From assembly GCA_028822155.1 (NCBI GenBank), contig JAPKEJ010000008.1, forward strand, positions 432 to 64,431: DNA of 64,000 bases, in the 5' to 3' direction. Below the pieces are notes generated by a model. That model searched no databases. It was not told the origin of the DNA and saw nothing but the letters and a program-made list of their open reading frames with translations. Both the position numbers and the translations under genes were made by a program. Shown here in pieces: positions 47,581 to 57,405 of the stretch (position 1 is its first letter; the number at the start of each line of letters is the position of its first letter). The DNA is from Porticoccaceae bacterium (GTDB lineage: Bacteria > Pseudomonadota > Gammaproteobacteria > Pseudomonadales > Porticoccaceae).

Positions 47581-50500
47581 TTATTCGGTCAGGTTAAATA
47601 ACTGCGTATTGCCGCCTCGCGCGACTAAGTTTTCCGTGCGTGTGCGCTCGCTTAAAAACCATAGCAACCAGTGGTAGTTATAACCTTCATTATCTCTTGG
47701 CCACTCAATTAAAGGAATAATACTGCCCGTTCTCTTTGCCGCTGCCTGTCGTAGCGGCGTGCTATCGGCATTCTTACAGTTAGCCATGATCCCTTCAATA
47801 CTGTTGTTTTGGATCAGCCCTGTAAGTGTTCCTAGTACCTCTATCTGTAGTAGTTGTTTGGCTAGGCCGGCTCTCTGGTAGCCCGTTCTAATGGCCTCTA
47901 ACTGGTTTATATGTGTTCTGTCTACTGTAACAATCACCGGGCACCCACAAAGCAATGCGCTGGCAATTTGTTTCTCAGCTTCGGCAATTAAATCGGACTC
48001 TAAAACCACCAATACCATTACCCCTCGACCATGCAGGGACAGTCGATTGTCTTCACCTGTTGGCCCCAGCAACTGTATTGGGTTGGCTAGTTTTCCTCGT
48101 GCAATGGTTTTAAGTATGGGTAAGAATTCAGCCGTAGATTTTCTAGTAATTGCTGCTTGCAAAATAGCCAAGCGGCCATCTATCGACCGTGCCTGCCAGT
48201 TTGGCATGGCCTTAACCGCCTTAACTACAGAGTTTGAATTTACTATTTTGGTATCCTCCAAATCAATTGGAAAGGATCTTTCATTGTCGACCTGCGTAGT
48301 TTCCCTAGAAAAACGCATCAAATAATTAGGCCCGCCAGCTTTAGGCCCTGTGCCGGATAATCCCCGTCCTCCAAATGGATTTACCCCGACCACGGCACCA
48401 ACCATATTACGGTTGATATAAGTGTTGCCGGCGATGGTGTTGCGAAATACAGTTTCGGCAAAGGCTTCAATTCTGCTGTGAATACCAAGCGTGAGACCAT
48501 AGCCGGTATCATTGATTTGCTGTATTACAGAACCTAGCTGTTCCGATGAATAACGAATCACATGGAGTATCGGGCCAAATACTTCTTCATTGAGTTGATC
48601 CAACGAGTTAATTTCAAACACGTGAGGTGCAATGTAGCTGCCATTAACGCACTGCTCTTCAAGCTCTACTTTGGCGATAAATGTTGCCTCTGCATTCATA
48701 CGATCTATATGAGTCTGCAGTTCTGCTTGAGCGGCGCCATCAATTACTGGGCCAAGGTCACTGGATAATAACCTTGGGTCGCCCGCCTTCATTGAGGCCA
48801 TGGCACCTGCAAGCATTTTTAAGGTGTTATCGGCGATATCCGACTGGATAAAGAGTACCCGCAAAGCTGAGCATCGCTGGCCCGCGCTTTGGAAGGCGGA
48901 TGAGATAACATCATCAACAACCTGTTCTGGCAGGGCGGTAGAATCTACCACCATGCAGTTCTGGCCACCGGTTTCGGCGATAAAATTTATTGGCCCGCCG
49001 GGGCGAGCGGCGAGTTGCTGGTTTATACTTTGGGCTGTACCGGTTGAGCCGGTAAAGGCAATGCCGGCAATACGGCTGTCGCCAACTAATAGTTTACCTA
49101 TTTGTGCGCCACTACCAAGCAGCAGCTGTAAGGCGGGGCCTGGCACACCTGCTTTGTGGAATAGTCGTATAGCGCAGGCTGCAATGGCGGGTGTTTGTGC
49201 GGCCGGTTTAGCAATAACAGTGTTACCTGCAGCGAGTGCCGCTGCGATTTGGCCGACAAAGATTGCCAGCGGGAAGTTCCACGGGCTAATACATAGGAAT
49301 ACGCCCTGACCTTGCAGGCCTTGCGCGGCTAATGATCGAGCTTGCAGAGCATAGTATCTACAGAAGTCGACGGCCTCGCGTACTTCTGAAATGCCATCCC
49401 CCAATGTTCTGCCTGCTTCTAAGGCAACGACCCCCATCAATTCTGCACAGTCTCTTTCCATAAGATCTGCTACTCTACCTAGAATATCGGCACGTATCTG
49501 GTGGCCCAGTGTATTCCAGGTTGGCTGGGCAGCATGAGATGATTCCAGCGCCGTTAAAATACTAATTTCATCGGCTTTAGAGTAATGACCAATCAGCTGC
49601 TTTTGGTTTGCTGGGTTGTAGGCAGGTTGTAGTTCACATTGGATATCTCGGCCATCGATAATTGGGTGGGAGAGCAATTCTGCAGTTTGTTTTATGGTGC
49701 TTAGCAGGGCCTCAGTTTCTAAAGGCGAATCTAAATCTATTCCCACCGCATTTTTACGCTCCTCACCACCAACGGTAAACATCTCATCTGGTATAGCAAT
49801 CATTTTATGCTGATAGGGAAATGAGCTAGTGACCTGATCTCTGGTATCTTTGAGCAATTCTTCTACGGGTGTTTGATGATCTAAAAAGCGATTTACAAAT
49901 GAACTGTTGGCCCCATTTTCTAAAAGTCGGCGAACCAAATAGGGCAGTAGGTCTTTATGATTGCCAATAGGAGCATAAACACGCACTGCCAGTGGGATTG
50001 GCATGGCAGTCATTTTGATTTGGGTTTTTAATTGGGCGTAAAGAATATGGCCCATACCATGGAGACGTTGAAACTCAAACTCGCGCTCACCGGCTAGTTT
50101 TAAAATCATGGTGGCGGTATAGGCGTTATGAGTCGCAAACTGTGGGTAAATATTTTCTTCAGCGTCCAGCAAAATACCGGCGCAATGTTGGTAACAAAGA
50201 TCAGTATTGGCTTTACGGGTAAATACGGGATAACTCGCCAGTCCCAGTTCCTGAGCATGTTTGATTTCGGCATCCCAGTAGGCGCCTTTTACCAGCCGCA
50301 CCATGATGCGACGGTCAGTTTCTTTGGCTAGGCCGATTAACCATTTAGCAGTATCTGGAGCGCGCTTTTGATAGGCCTGCAGAACAAAGCCCAGACCTTG
50401 CCAGTCACCAAGTTCGCTGTCCTTAGCCAGAGCTTCGAAGATATCTAGGGAGATATCCAGGCGGTAGGCTTCTTCTGCGTCAATGGATAAACCAATGTTG

Positions 50501-51333
50501 TATTTCTTAGCCTGCAGGCACAGCTGCTTGATGCGTGGTAATAATTCGCTCATCACGGCTTGGTGCTGAGAAAAATAATATCGAGGATGTATGGCGCTGA
50601 GTTTCACCGAAATGCCGTTAGCGCTGTAGACATTCGTTTCTCTGTTGCTGGTTTTACCAATTTCATCTATGGCGTCGCCATAGGCCTTTAAATACTGTGC
50701 AGCATCTGCTTCGGTGCGGGCACCTTCACCCAGCATATCGAAGGAGAATCTTGTCTGGGGGTCATTGTGTTTTGTGCCGCGCTTTAGACCCTCGGTAATG
50801 GTGCGGCCGAGGACATATTGGCCCCCCATGATTTTCATAGCTTGCATTACTGCGGCACGTATTACCGGTTCGCCCATAGTGGCAGTAAGACGTTTCACCC
50901 AGTGGTCCGTATCTTGGGTAATTTCTCTATCTAGGCTTACCAGCTGACCGGTCAGCATAAGACCCCAGGTTGAAGCATTGACAAATAGAGACTCAGATTG
51001 GCCTCGATGCAGGCTCCAATTACCCGCTTGGATTTTTTCCGCGATTAGCCGGTCGGCGGTCAGGGTATCGGGAACACGCAATAGCGCTTCGGCCAAACAC
51101 ATCAGTGCAACGCCTTCCGCGTTGGAAAGGCCAAATTCCAGTAAGAACGCATCTAGCGTGCCGCTACTGTTTTTATCGGCACGGCAGTTCGTCACAAGGT
51201 GTCGTGCGTCCTGGAGAATTGTGTCGCGAGCTTTAATTGATAGCGGGTTGGCATGGAGGAGCTGGGTGACAGCCTGATGCTCATCCTGGTGTGTTGCACG
51301 ACGAACTTTTTTGCGCATGGCTATTTGATTCAT
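47581..51333 (-). CDS. putA: Bifunctional proline dehydrogenase / glutamate-5-semialdehyde dehydrogenase
   Basis: SFDMLGE, RLVKGAYWD, FATHN, EFQRLHGMG, YLVRRLLENGAN, ISPWNFP, ETGG, GQRCSA. Confidence 0.97.
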   Translation of the reverse strand: MNQIAMRKKVRRATHQDEHQAVTQLLHANPLSIKARDTILQDARHLVTNCRADKNSSGTLDAFLLEFGLSNAEGVALMCLAEALLRVPDTLTADRLIAEKIQAGNWSLHRGQSESLFVNASTWGLMLTGQLVSLDREITQDTDHWVKRLTATMGEPVIRAAVMQAMKIMGGQYVLGRTITEGLKRGTKHNDPQTRFSFDMLGEGARTEADAAQYLKAYGDAIDEIGKTSNRETNVYSANGISVKLSAIHPRYYFSQHQAVMSELLPRIKQLCLQAKKYNIGLSIDAEEAYRLDISLDIFEALAKDSELGDWQGLGFVLQAYQKRAPDTAKWLIGLAKETDRRIMVRLVKGAYWDAEIKHAQELGLASYPVFTRKANTDLCYQHCAGILLDAEENIYPQFATHNAYTATMILKLAGEREFEFQRLHGMGHILYAQLKTQIKMTAMPIPLAVRVYAPIGNHKDLLPYLVRRLLENGANSSFVNRFLDHQTPVEELLKDTRDQVTSSFPYQHKMIAIPDEMFTVGGEERKNAVGIDLDSPLETEALLSTIKQTAELLSHPIIDGRDIQCELQPAYNPANQKQLIGHYSKADEISILTALESSHAAQPTWNTLGHQIRADILGRVADLMERDCAELMGVVALEAGRTLGDGISEVREAVDFCRYYALQARSLAAQGLQGQGVFLCISPWNFPLAIFVGQIAAALAAGNTVIAKPAAQTPAIAACAIRLFHKAGVPGPALQLLLGSGAQIGKLLVGDSRIAGIAFTGSTGTAQSINQQLAARPGGPINFIAETGGQNCMVVDSTALPEQVVDDVISSAFQSAGQRCSALRVLFIQSDIADNTLKMLAGAMASMKAGDPRLLSSDLGPVIDGAAQAELQTHIDRMNAEATFIAKVELEEQCVNGSYIAPHVFEINSLDQLNEEVFGPILHVIRYSSEQLGSVIQQINDTGYGLTLGIHSRIEAFAETVFRNTIAGNTYINRNMVGAVVGVNPFGGRGLSGTGPKAGGPNYLMRFSRETTQVDNERSFPIDLEDTKIVNSNSVVKAVKAMPNWQARSIDGRLAILQAAITRKSTAEFLPILKTIARGKLANPIQLLGPTGEDNRLSLHGRGVMVLVVLESDLIAEAEKQIASALLCGCPVIVTVDRTHINQLEAIRTGYQRAGLAKQLLQIEVLGTLTGLIQNNSIEGIMANCKNADSTPLRQAAAKRTGSIIPLIEWPRDNEGYNYHWLLWFLSERTRTENLVARGGNTQLFNLTE

Positions 51334-51493
51334 TTTTTACCTTAACGATCTTTTTGTTGAATATATGGCATTGTCAGGTATTTACATTAGTATTTGTCTC
51401 CATAGTTAGACAATTTGTAGTTAATTATACTGTAATTATTAAATTTATAGATTATTATGCTTTGACGATATTTAGATATTAAAGGGTGAATCT

Positions 51494-51970
51494 ATGAAAA
51501 CAGTGGCAGATTTAGATCGCACAGACCGCAGAATTCTCAACAGTCTGCAAAAAAACGGCCGTATTGCCAATGTAGACTTGGCTCGCGAGGTTAACCTCAC
51601 CCCTACACCTTGCCTGGAGCGGGTTAAACGATTGGAGAAAGAGGGGTTTATTACCAACTATGTGGCACTGCTTGATCCGGTAAAGGCTAATGCGGCACTC
51701 TGTGCTTATATCGAGATTCAGTTAGTGAGTTCAACGACGGATGCATTTAAGCGTTTTAATCAACAGATGATTGACCTCCCAGAGGTCCAAGAGTGCCAGA
51801 TGGTGGCTGGAGGTTTTGATTATTTAATTAAAATACGAGTGGCGGATATGCAACATTATCAGCGCTTTTTAGGCGAGAAACTTGCCTCGATTAGTGATAT
51901 AAGCCAAACCCATACATACGTCGTTATTCAAGATGTTAAGTCGGAAACTGCAGTTCAGATTAACAGCTAG
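51494..51970 (+). CDS. Lrp/AsnC family regulator (PutR/Lrp-like), divergent from putA
   Basis: LDRTDRRIL..LQ..GR, PCLERVKRLE, GGFDYLIK. Confidence 0.92.
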   Translation: MKTVADLDRTDRRILNSLQKNGRIANVDLAREVNLTPTPCLERVKRLEKEGFITNYVALLDPVKANAALCAYIEIQLVSSTTDAFKRFNQQMIDLPEVQECQMVAGGFDYLIKIRVADMQHYQRFLGEKLASISDISQTHTYVVIQDVKSETAVQINS

Positions 51971-53067
51971 TTAATATAAATTCGCGGCACGCGCGAGGGC
52001 ATCCGTGTGAGTAACTCATAACCGATTGTGTCGCAGTGGCGAGCAATTTCGTTAACCGGAAGTTCAGGCCCCCAAAGTACGACTTTGTCTCCGATAGATA
52101 CAAGGTCCAAATCAGTGACGTCGACTGTAATCATGTCCATTGAGACTCTTCCTACTAAAGGGCAGCGCACTCCATTAATAAGAACGGGCGTTCCATTGGG
52201 CGCTTGACGCGGATAGCCATCGCCGTAGCCAACAGTAATCGTAGCTATGGTTGAGTCTCGTTTTGCCGTCCAGTTGGCGGTGTAACCGACGGACTCACCG
52301 GATGGAATACAACGAATGGATATCACCGCTGACTGCAGGGACATAACAGGTATAAGTTTGTCGGCGTTGTCTTGGTCTTCTGAGAATGGTGAGTTCCCGT
52401 AGAGCATATAGCCAGGTCTTTGCCAGTCACGATGAGTTTTCGGCCAAGCTAAAATAGCAGCCGAATTGGCAAGAGATTGTTTAATAATATCGCCGCTTAC
52501 TAAGGTCTGAGATTCTATCCATTGATCAAAAATAGCCAGTTGTGCTTCCGTTGCGCTACTGCCCATATCATCAGCACAAGCGAAGTGCGAGGCCGCGATA
52601 ATGGGCTGGGTAACATTGTCGCTATTTTTTAGTGCGTGATAGGCTTGGGCAGCTTCTTTAGCTTGAAAGCCAAGGCGGTGCATGCCAGTGTCTATGCCCA
52701 GCCAAACAGTTATCGGCTGGGAGATTGATGTATTTACAATGGCATCTTTTTGCGCGAGATTTTCGACCATTAGCATGAAATTATTGTCGGCTGCGATCTC
52801 AACTTCATCGCAAGAGAAAGTGCCTTCAAGTAATAAGATAGGCTGTTCGATACCGGCCTCTCGAAGCATCAACGCTTCGTCAATCGACGCTACGCCAAAT
52901 GCTGGCGCAGACTCTGATAACGCACGACTTACCTCGATCATGCCATGCCCGTAAGCATTAGCTTTAACCATGGGAATAGCGTTGGCTTCTGGTGCCAATG
53001 ATTGCGCTAGGGCGAAATTGGTCCTTAGAGCGTTTAAGTCAACAACAGCAACCGTAGGTCTTGACAT
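51967..53067 (-). CDS. alr: Alanine racemase
   Basis: VKANAYGHG (PLP Lys), DTGMHRLG, SHFACAD, VGY, GYGDG, GRVSMD. Likely start MSRPT at 53067. Confidence 0.95.
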   Translation of the reverse strand: MSRPTVAVVDLNALRTNFALAQSLAPEANAIPMVKANAYGHGMIEVSRALSESAPAFGVASIDEALMLREAGIEQPILLLEGTFSCDEVEIAADNNFMLMVENLAQKDAIVNTSISQPITVWLGIDTGMHRLGFQAKEAAQAYHALKNSDNVTQPIIAASHFACADDMGSSATEAQLAIFDQWIESQTLVSGDIIKQSLANSAAILAWPKTHRDWQRPGYMLYGNSPFSEDQDNADKLIPVMSLQSAVISIRCIPSGESVGYTANWTAKRDSTIATITVGYGDGYPRQAPNGTPVLINGVRCPLVGRVSMDMITVDVTDLDLVSIGDKVVLWGPELPVNEIARHCDTIGYELLTRMPSRVPRIYIN

Positions 53068-53081
53068 AATAGTGGATACCG

Positions 53082-53939
53082 CTAGTAATTGAACTTGTGA
53101 GCGGAGAAAAGCCTTTGAGCGGCCAGCCAAACATTACCGACCTTACCGTCTCCAACGGGACTTCCATCCACCTGGATGACTGCACCCACCTCTTTTGTGG
53201 AGCTGCTAATCCAGACTTCGTCGGCGTCAAGCACCTCTTGTTTAGTGATGGCTCGTTCTTCAACCGGAATTGTCCCATCTTTACGAAGAATATCCAGCAG
53301 CATATAGCGAGTAATACCTGGTAATAGCTGATTATCCAGGGGTGGCGTGATCAGTGTGCCATCTTTCACTATAAAAGCATTACATGAGCTGGCTTCAGTG
53401 AGTTCATTGTTGGCATTGAACAACAACGTTTCATCATGACCTTGCTCGTATCCTTGCTGAAAATGCAGGACATTACCCAGCAGCGCAGTGGACTTAATGT
53501 GGCAGCGCTGCCATCGCAGGTCTTCTGCAGTTGATACTTTGTATCCTTTGGCGATTGCTTTGTCTGCTATTGGCGGCTCAGGAATTTTAAAGGTAAATCC
53601 GAAGACTGTAGGCTCAACATTCTCTGGGAAGGCATGGTAGCGTTTAGTATCAGCACCTCGGCTAACCTGCAGGTAAATACCTAAATTACTATTACCATTT
53701 TTACTAGCTAGGTCCTCACAGAGTATTTTCCATTGCTGGTGCGACCAGTCAACATTCAAACCAATGCCTTTAAACCCATCGTTCATGCGGTCGATATGGG
53801 GACCAAAACCTAATAAGTTGCCTTGATAAGAGGGGATAACCTCATAAATGCCGTCACCGAAAAGAAAACCACGATCTAGGGGCGAAATCTTAGCCTCTGA
53901 CATTGGCATGTATGAACCATTTAGAAAAACAATACTCAT
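53082..53939 (-). CDS. dat: D-amino-acid (D-alanine) aminotransferase, fold type IV
   Basis: DRGFLFGDGIYEV, YLQVSRG, RYHAFP, DLRWQRCHIKS (PLP Lys), LPGITR. Confidence 0.85.
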   Translation of the reverse strand: MSIVFLNGSYMPMSEAKISPLDRGFLFGDGIYEVIPSYQGNLLGFGPHIDRMNDGFKGIGLNVDWSHQQWKILCEDLASKNGNSNLGIYLQVSRGADTKRYHAFPENVEPTVFGFTFKIPEPPIADKAIAKGYKVSTAEDLRWQRCHIKSTALLGNVLHFQQGYEQGHDETLLFNANNELTEASSCNAFIVKDGTLITPPLDNQLLPGITRYMLLDILRKDGTIPVEERAITKQEVLDADEVWISSSTKEVGAVIQVDGSPVGDGKVGNVWLAAQRLFSAHKFNY

Positions 53940-54131
53940 TGATAGACCTTACTTTTGTATAAGTTAAAAATAGCGTGGGACTAATTGTCTTTACTTATTC
54001 CTAGCAAAAAATAGTATCAGCTAGTGGCGTTTTAGACAAAGCTAATTGATTTTAAAATGACGTATTTGGATTCAATTACAGGAAAATCTCTAAGTTGATA
54101 GGCATTTCAAGTGAAAATATCTGGTGTGGTA

Positions 54132-55904
54132 CTAAAACCCTGATAACTTTCTTAGAGTGCCTACCAGCTTCTGGCTGACATCTGAGTGAACTCCGTCTTC
54201 TGTTAGGGTATTTTCACCCGTAACACCATCCACACTGCCACCCTCAGATAACATCTGAAGTACTGCTTTATTGTCCCAGTCGGCGAGCATATCTTGATTG
54301 CTGATGACAGATAGTAGCGCCACTAAGCCATGAGCGGCCCAGTTGGAGATGTCCGCAAGGAGAAGCTCATCGCAACCCGTGCTCGCTGCGCGAATATCAA
54401 GTTGCTCGAGAGCCTCAGCAATATTTCCCATGCCTATCTCGTTGCCTCCATCGCCAATGGCGATAGTGGGGCAGACGGATAAAGATATAAAGCTATCATA
54501 GTCGGCACAGTGCTCTGAAATATCTATACCACGCATGTTGTAGTAGCGACCATCGCTAGACTGACCTGGACGCTCAATTGAAATAATCAAGGCTGGTTGA
54601 TGCTCACTGATGGCTTCCTGAGCTTGTTTTCCCCCGTCCTCACCTATTTTGATCTCATGAGTATTGAAGTCTGTACTTAGTAAGGTGCATAGGGGTGCCT
54701 CGCAGACCAAAACAGGCGCTCCACCAATGGCTTCGATTGCTCGGTACAAAGCGATTGCACCCACCGGGCCATCAGTTTCAAAGCTTCCATTCACTGGAAA
54801 GCCAGTGCCAATAAGGATTGTACCGTGGGCTTGATTAATAAGTTGTGCGGCTCTCAAATATGATCCACTGTCTATGGCTGATGACACTGTCTTCATGCCA
54901 CGAGGATTACTAGCCACTAGCAGGGCTTCTATTTCTGTGGAGAGAGAGGGTAAATCAATACTGGCCTCACTGTATTGGAATTTAATCTCAGCAAGATGCC
55001 TTAGATTATGAGCCTGCTCGATACTTATCTCTTCAAAATAGACAATGGATTCTGGGCCAAGTTGCGCTAGCTTGTCCAAATCTAAAGAAAGCACCGAGCC
55101 TATTTTCGGGTATCCACCAATAGTTTGTCGGTCATTGAGGAGGACAATTGGCTGCCCATCCGGAGGAACTTGAATTGCACCTTGGCATATACCTTCAGAC
55201 AGAATGCCACCGATAGAGGGTTTGATCTCCGGACCCAGTAGTCTAAAACCCATTCGATCGTTACGCTCCGAAATACGGTATTGTCCGTGGAAAAACTGTT
55301 TTTTCTGCTGTTCTGTAAAGCAATCCTGTTGATAACCTAGCAACACCCTGAGGCGAGTCGATTCCGGTGCCGTTGTCAGGTGATGCGGTTGTGCTTGAAC
55401 AGGCGAAAAGAACGGAGGATGCACTAGGGTTTCGCCACAGGGTATCAGGTCGCCGTTGCTTAAGGGCGAGCCGTCACCGGCCAAACCACCCACTGATTCC
55501 CTAGTGACAGTGGAACAGCTACCAAAGGTAGTCTCTATGTCAAATCCACCAGCCACCGCTAGGTAGCATCGTATGCCTATCTTGGCGTAGCCCAATTCAA
55601 TGCGATCACCAGATTTAATTCGATTAACCGCCCAACAATCTACGGGAACTTTATTAATGCTAAGGTCAACTAGAGCGCCAGTGACCGCAAAATAGGTATC
55701 AACCGTGGACTCTAAGACCAAACCGCCTATGGTCACCTCAATTACTGGTGTATTAATAGGGTTTGAGCACAGTTTATTGGCCCAGCGAAAAGAGTGACGA
55801 TCTAAAGGGCCTCCGACGGTAAGACCAATATGATGGCTGCCAAAGCGACCTTCATCTTGAATTAAGCTGTGAACGCCTGATTGAACAACTCTTAACCCGC
55901 TCAT
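54132..55904 (-). CDS. pxpC: Fusion of 5-oxoprolinase subunit PxpC (about aa 1-310) and a DUF4392 D-glutamate-cyclase-like domain
   Basis: N-half: QDEGR, YLAVAGG, DRMGFRL, GAIQVPPDGQPI, DRQTIGGYPKIG. C-half: NPRGM, GTGFP, ETDGP, SIERPG, AIGDGGNEIGMG, SNW, VDGVTG. No stop codon between them. Confidence 0.85.
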   Translation of the reverse strand: MSGLRVVQSGVHSLIQDEGRFGSHHIGLTVGGPLDRHSFRWANKLCSNPINTPVIEVTIGGLVLESTVDTYFAVTGALVDLSINKVPVDCWAVNRIKSGDRIELGYAKIGIRCYLAVAGGFDIETTFGSCSTVTRESVGGLAGDGSPLSNGDLIPCGETLVHPPFFSPVQAQPHHLTTAPESTRLRVLLGYQQDCFTEQQKKQFFHGQYRISERNDRMGFRLLGPEIKPSIGGILSEGICQGAIQVPPDGQPIVLLNDRQTIGGYPKIGSVLSLDLDKLAQLGPESIVYFEEISIEQAHNLRHLAEIKFQYSEASIDLPSLSTEIEALLVASNPRGMKTVSSAIDSGSYLRAAQLINQAHGTILIGTGFPVNGSFETDGPVGAIALYRAIEAIGGAPVLVCEAPLCTLLSTDFNTHEIKIGEDGGKQAQEAISEHQPALIISIERPGQSSDGRYYNMRGIDISEHCADYDSFISLSVCPTIAIGDGGNEIGMGNIAEALEQLDIRAASTGCDELLLADISNWAAHGLVALLSVISNQDMLADWDNKAVLQMLSEGGSVDGVTGENTLTEDGVHSDVSQKLVGTLRKLSGF

Positions 55905-56629
55905 TTGAGGTCTCCGAGAGTATCCAATGTGCCACCAAGATCAATAAATTCTTGTTTGCCGATGGCCTTAAAAACAACCCTATCTCCCGTAGATACCGGC
56001 ATTATTGGGTCTGCCTTTGCATCGAACATAGGTGTTGGGCAAAGTCCAACTAGGTTCCATCCTCCAGGAGACTCAGCAGGATAAACTGCAGTTTGACGGT
56101 CGGCGATGGCTACGGCGCCACGGGGCACCTTAAGCCTTGGAGTTGCCAGTCTTGGTGCCGCTATACGTTCGTCGACCTCGCCAAGATAGGCAAAACCAGG
56201 TGCGAACCCAATGGCATAAACGCGGTATTCAATAGCCTGGTGTATTTCTATTACCTGATCAATTGATAAGCCCGCATTTTCCGCTAAGGACTTTAAATCA
56301 GGCCCCGATTCCAGACTGTAATAAACAGGAAGCGTTATTAGCTTGCCATCATGACTGGCTGATAATGCACTAGCTTGAATAGAACTTGCGCCTGCAACAG
56401 TATGAATAGCCTTAGATACCGCAAAGTGATCGGTAAGGAGGCTGTCATAGATCACTAATATAGATCCATAAGAGGGTATTAAGTCGATAAGATGGAGGCC
56501 TAACGCGAGACGAATAGCAGACGAACAGGTTTTTATACGCGCTGCCACTTGAGTGTCAACTTTATCGGAAAAATACACTATGAGAGCATTTTCTCCGGCG
56601 ACTGATATCGTAATGGCTTGATTTATCAC
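55901..56629 (-). CDS. pxpB: 5-oxoprolinase subunit PxpB
   Basis: AGENAL, LIPSY, LPVYY, IGFAPGFAYLG, PR..VP.GAV, YP.ESPGGW. Likely GTG start at 56629. Confidence 0.92.
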   Translation of the reverse strand: MINQAITISVAGENALIVYFSDKVDTQVAARIKTCSSAIRLALGLHLIDLIPSYGSILVIYDSLLTDHFAVSKAIHTVAGASSIQASALSASHDGKLITLPVYYSLESGPDLKSLAENAGLSIDQVIEIHQAIEYRVYAIGFAPGFAYLGEVDERIAAPRLATPRLKVPRGAVAIADRQTAVYPAESPGGWNLVGLCPTPMFDAKADPIMPVSTGDRVVFKAIGKQEFIDLGGTLDTLGDLK

Positions 56630-56639
56630 TGGGCGCCCA

Positions 56640-57371
56640 TCATTGCAGTAACTGGCGAACTTCTTGTATGGCCGCCACACCCTCTGCATTATCCCCATGG
56701 ACGCAAATTGAATCCGCTTGAAGGGATAGTCTAAGACCACTGATAGTGGTGATGGTACCAGTATTATTGAGTTGCATAATTTGGGCTAACATTTTTTCCC
56801 GATTGTGAACGGCTCCAGGTAACTTTCTGCTTAGCAATGAACCATTATCGGCATAGCAGCGATCGGCAAATGCCTCAAAGATAACGTCTAAATTAAAAGC
56901 GTCAGCTTCTTGGCGGTGAGTATCAGCCTCCGGAGTAGCTTGTAACATAAATGCTAAGGGCAGGGGGGATGAGCTAATAGCCTGCATTACAGCACTACGA
57001 ATATGCCCATTCGCCATCATGTCGTTGTACAGCGCACCGTGAGGTTTCACGTAAGATAGAGTAATGCCAACCTCGAGCGCTATCTCGGCTAACGCCGCGA
57101 TTTGTGACTGTACTAATTCGATCAATTCTTCGTTGGGCAGCGACATTGATGTTCTGCCGAAGCCCTCTCTATCCGGATAGCTAGGGTGGGCGCCAACTAA
57201 AACACCATTTTCTTTGGCTAGCCTTAGCGTCGCCCGCATCATCTTGGCGTTTCCCGCGTGGAGACCGCAAGCGATATTCGCTTGATCAATGTGTGGCATT
57301 ACCAGAGCATCGACATCCATAACATCAGGGTGGGTACTTTCACCTAGATCACAATTTAACAATAGAGACAT
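56640..57371 (-). CDS. pxpA: 5-oxoprolinase subunit PxpA (LamB/YcsF)
   Basis: LNCDLGE, NIACGLHAG, GAHPSYPD..GFGR, VKPHGALYN, EAFADR, CVHGD. Confidence 0.95.
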   Translation of the reverse strand: MSLLLNCDLGESTHPDVMDVDALVMPHIDQANIACGLHAGNAKMMRATLRLAKENGVLVGAHPSYPDREGFGRTSMSLPNEELIELVQSQIAALAEIALEVGITLSYVKPHGALYNDMMANGHIRSAVMQAISSSPLPLAFMLQATPEADTHRQEADAFNLDVIFEAFADRCYADNGSLLSRKLPGAVHNREKMLAQIMQLNNTGTITTISGLRLSLQADSICVHGDNAEGVAAIQEVRQLLQ

Positions 57372-57405
57372 AAGGGTATCCTAACTAAAATCTGGGCTTA
57401 ATCAA

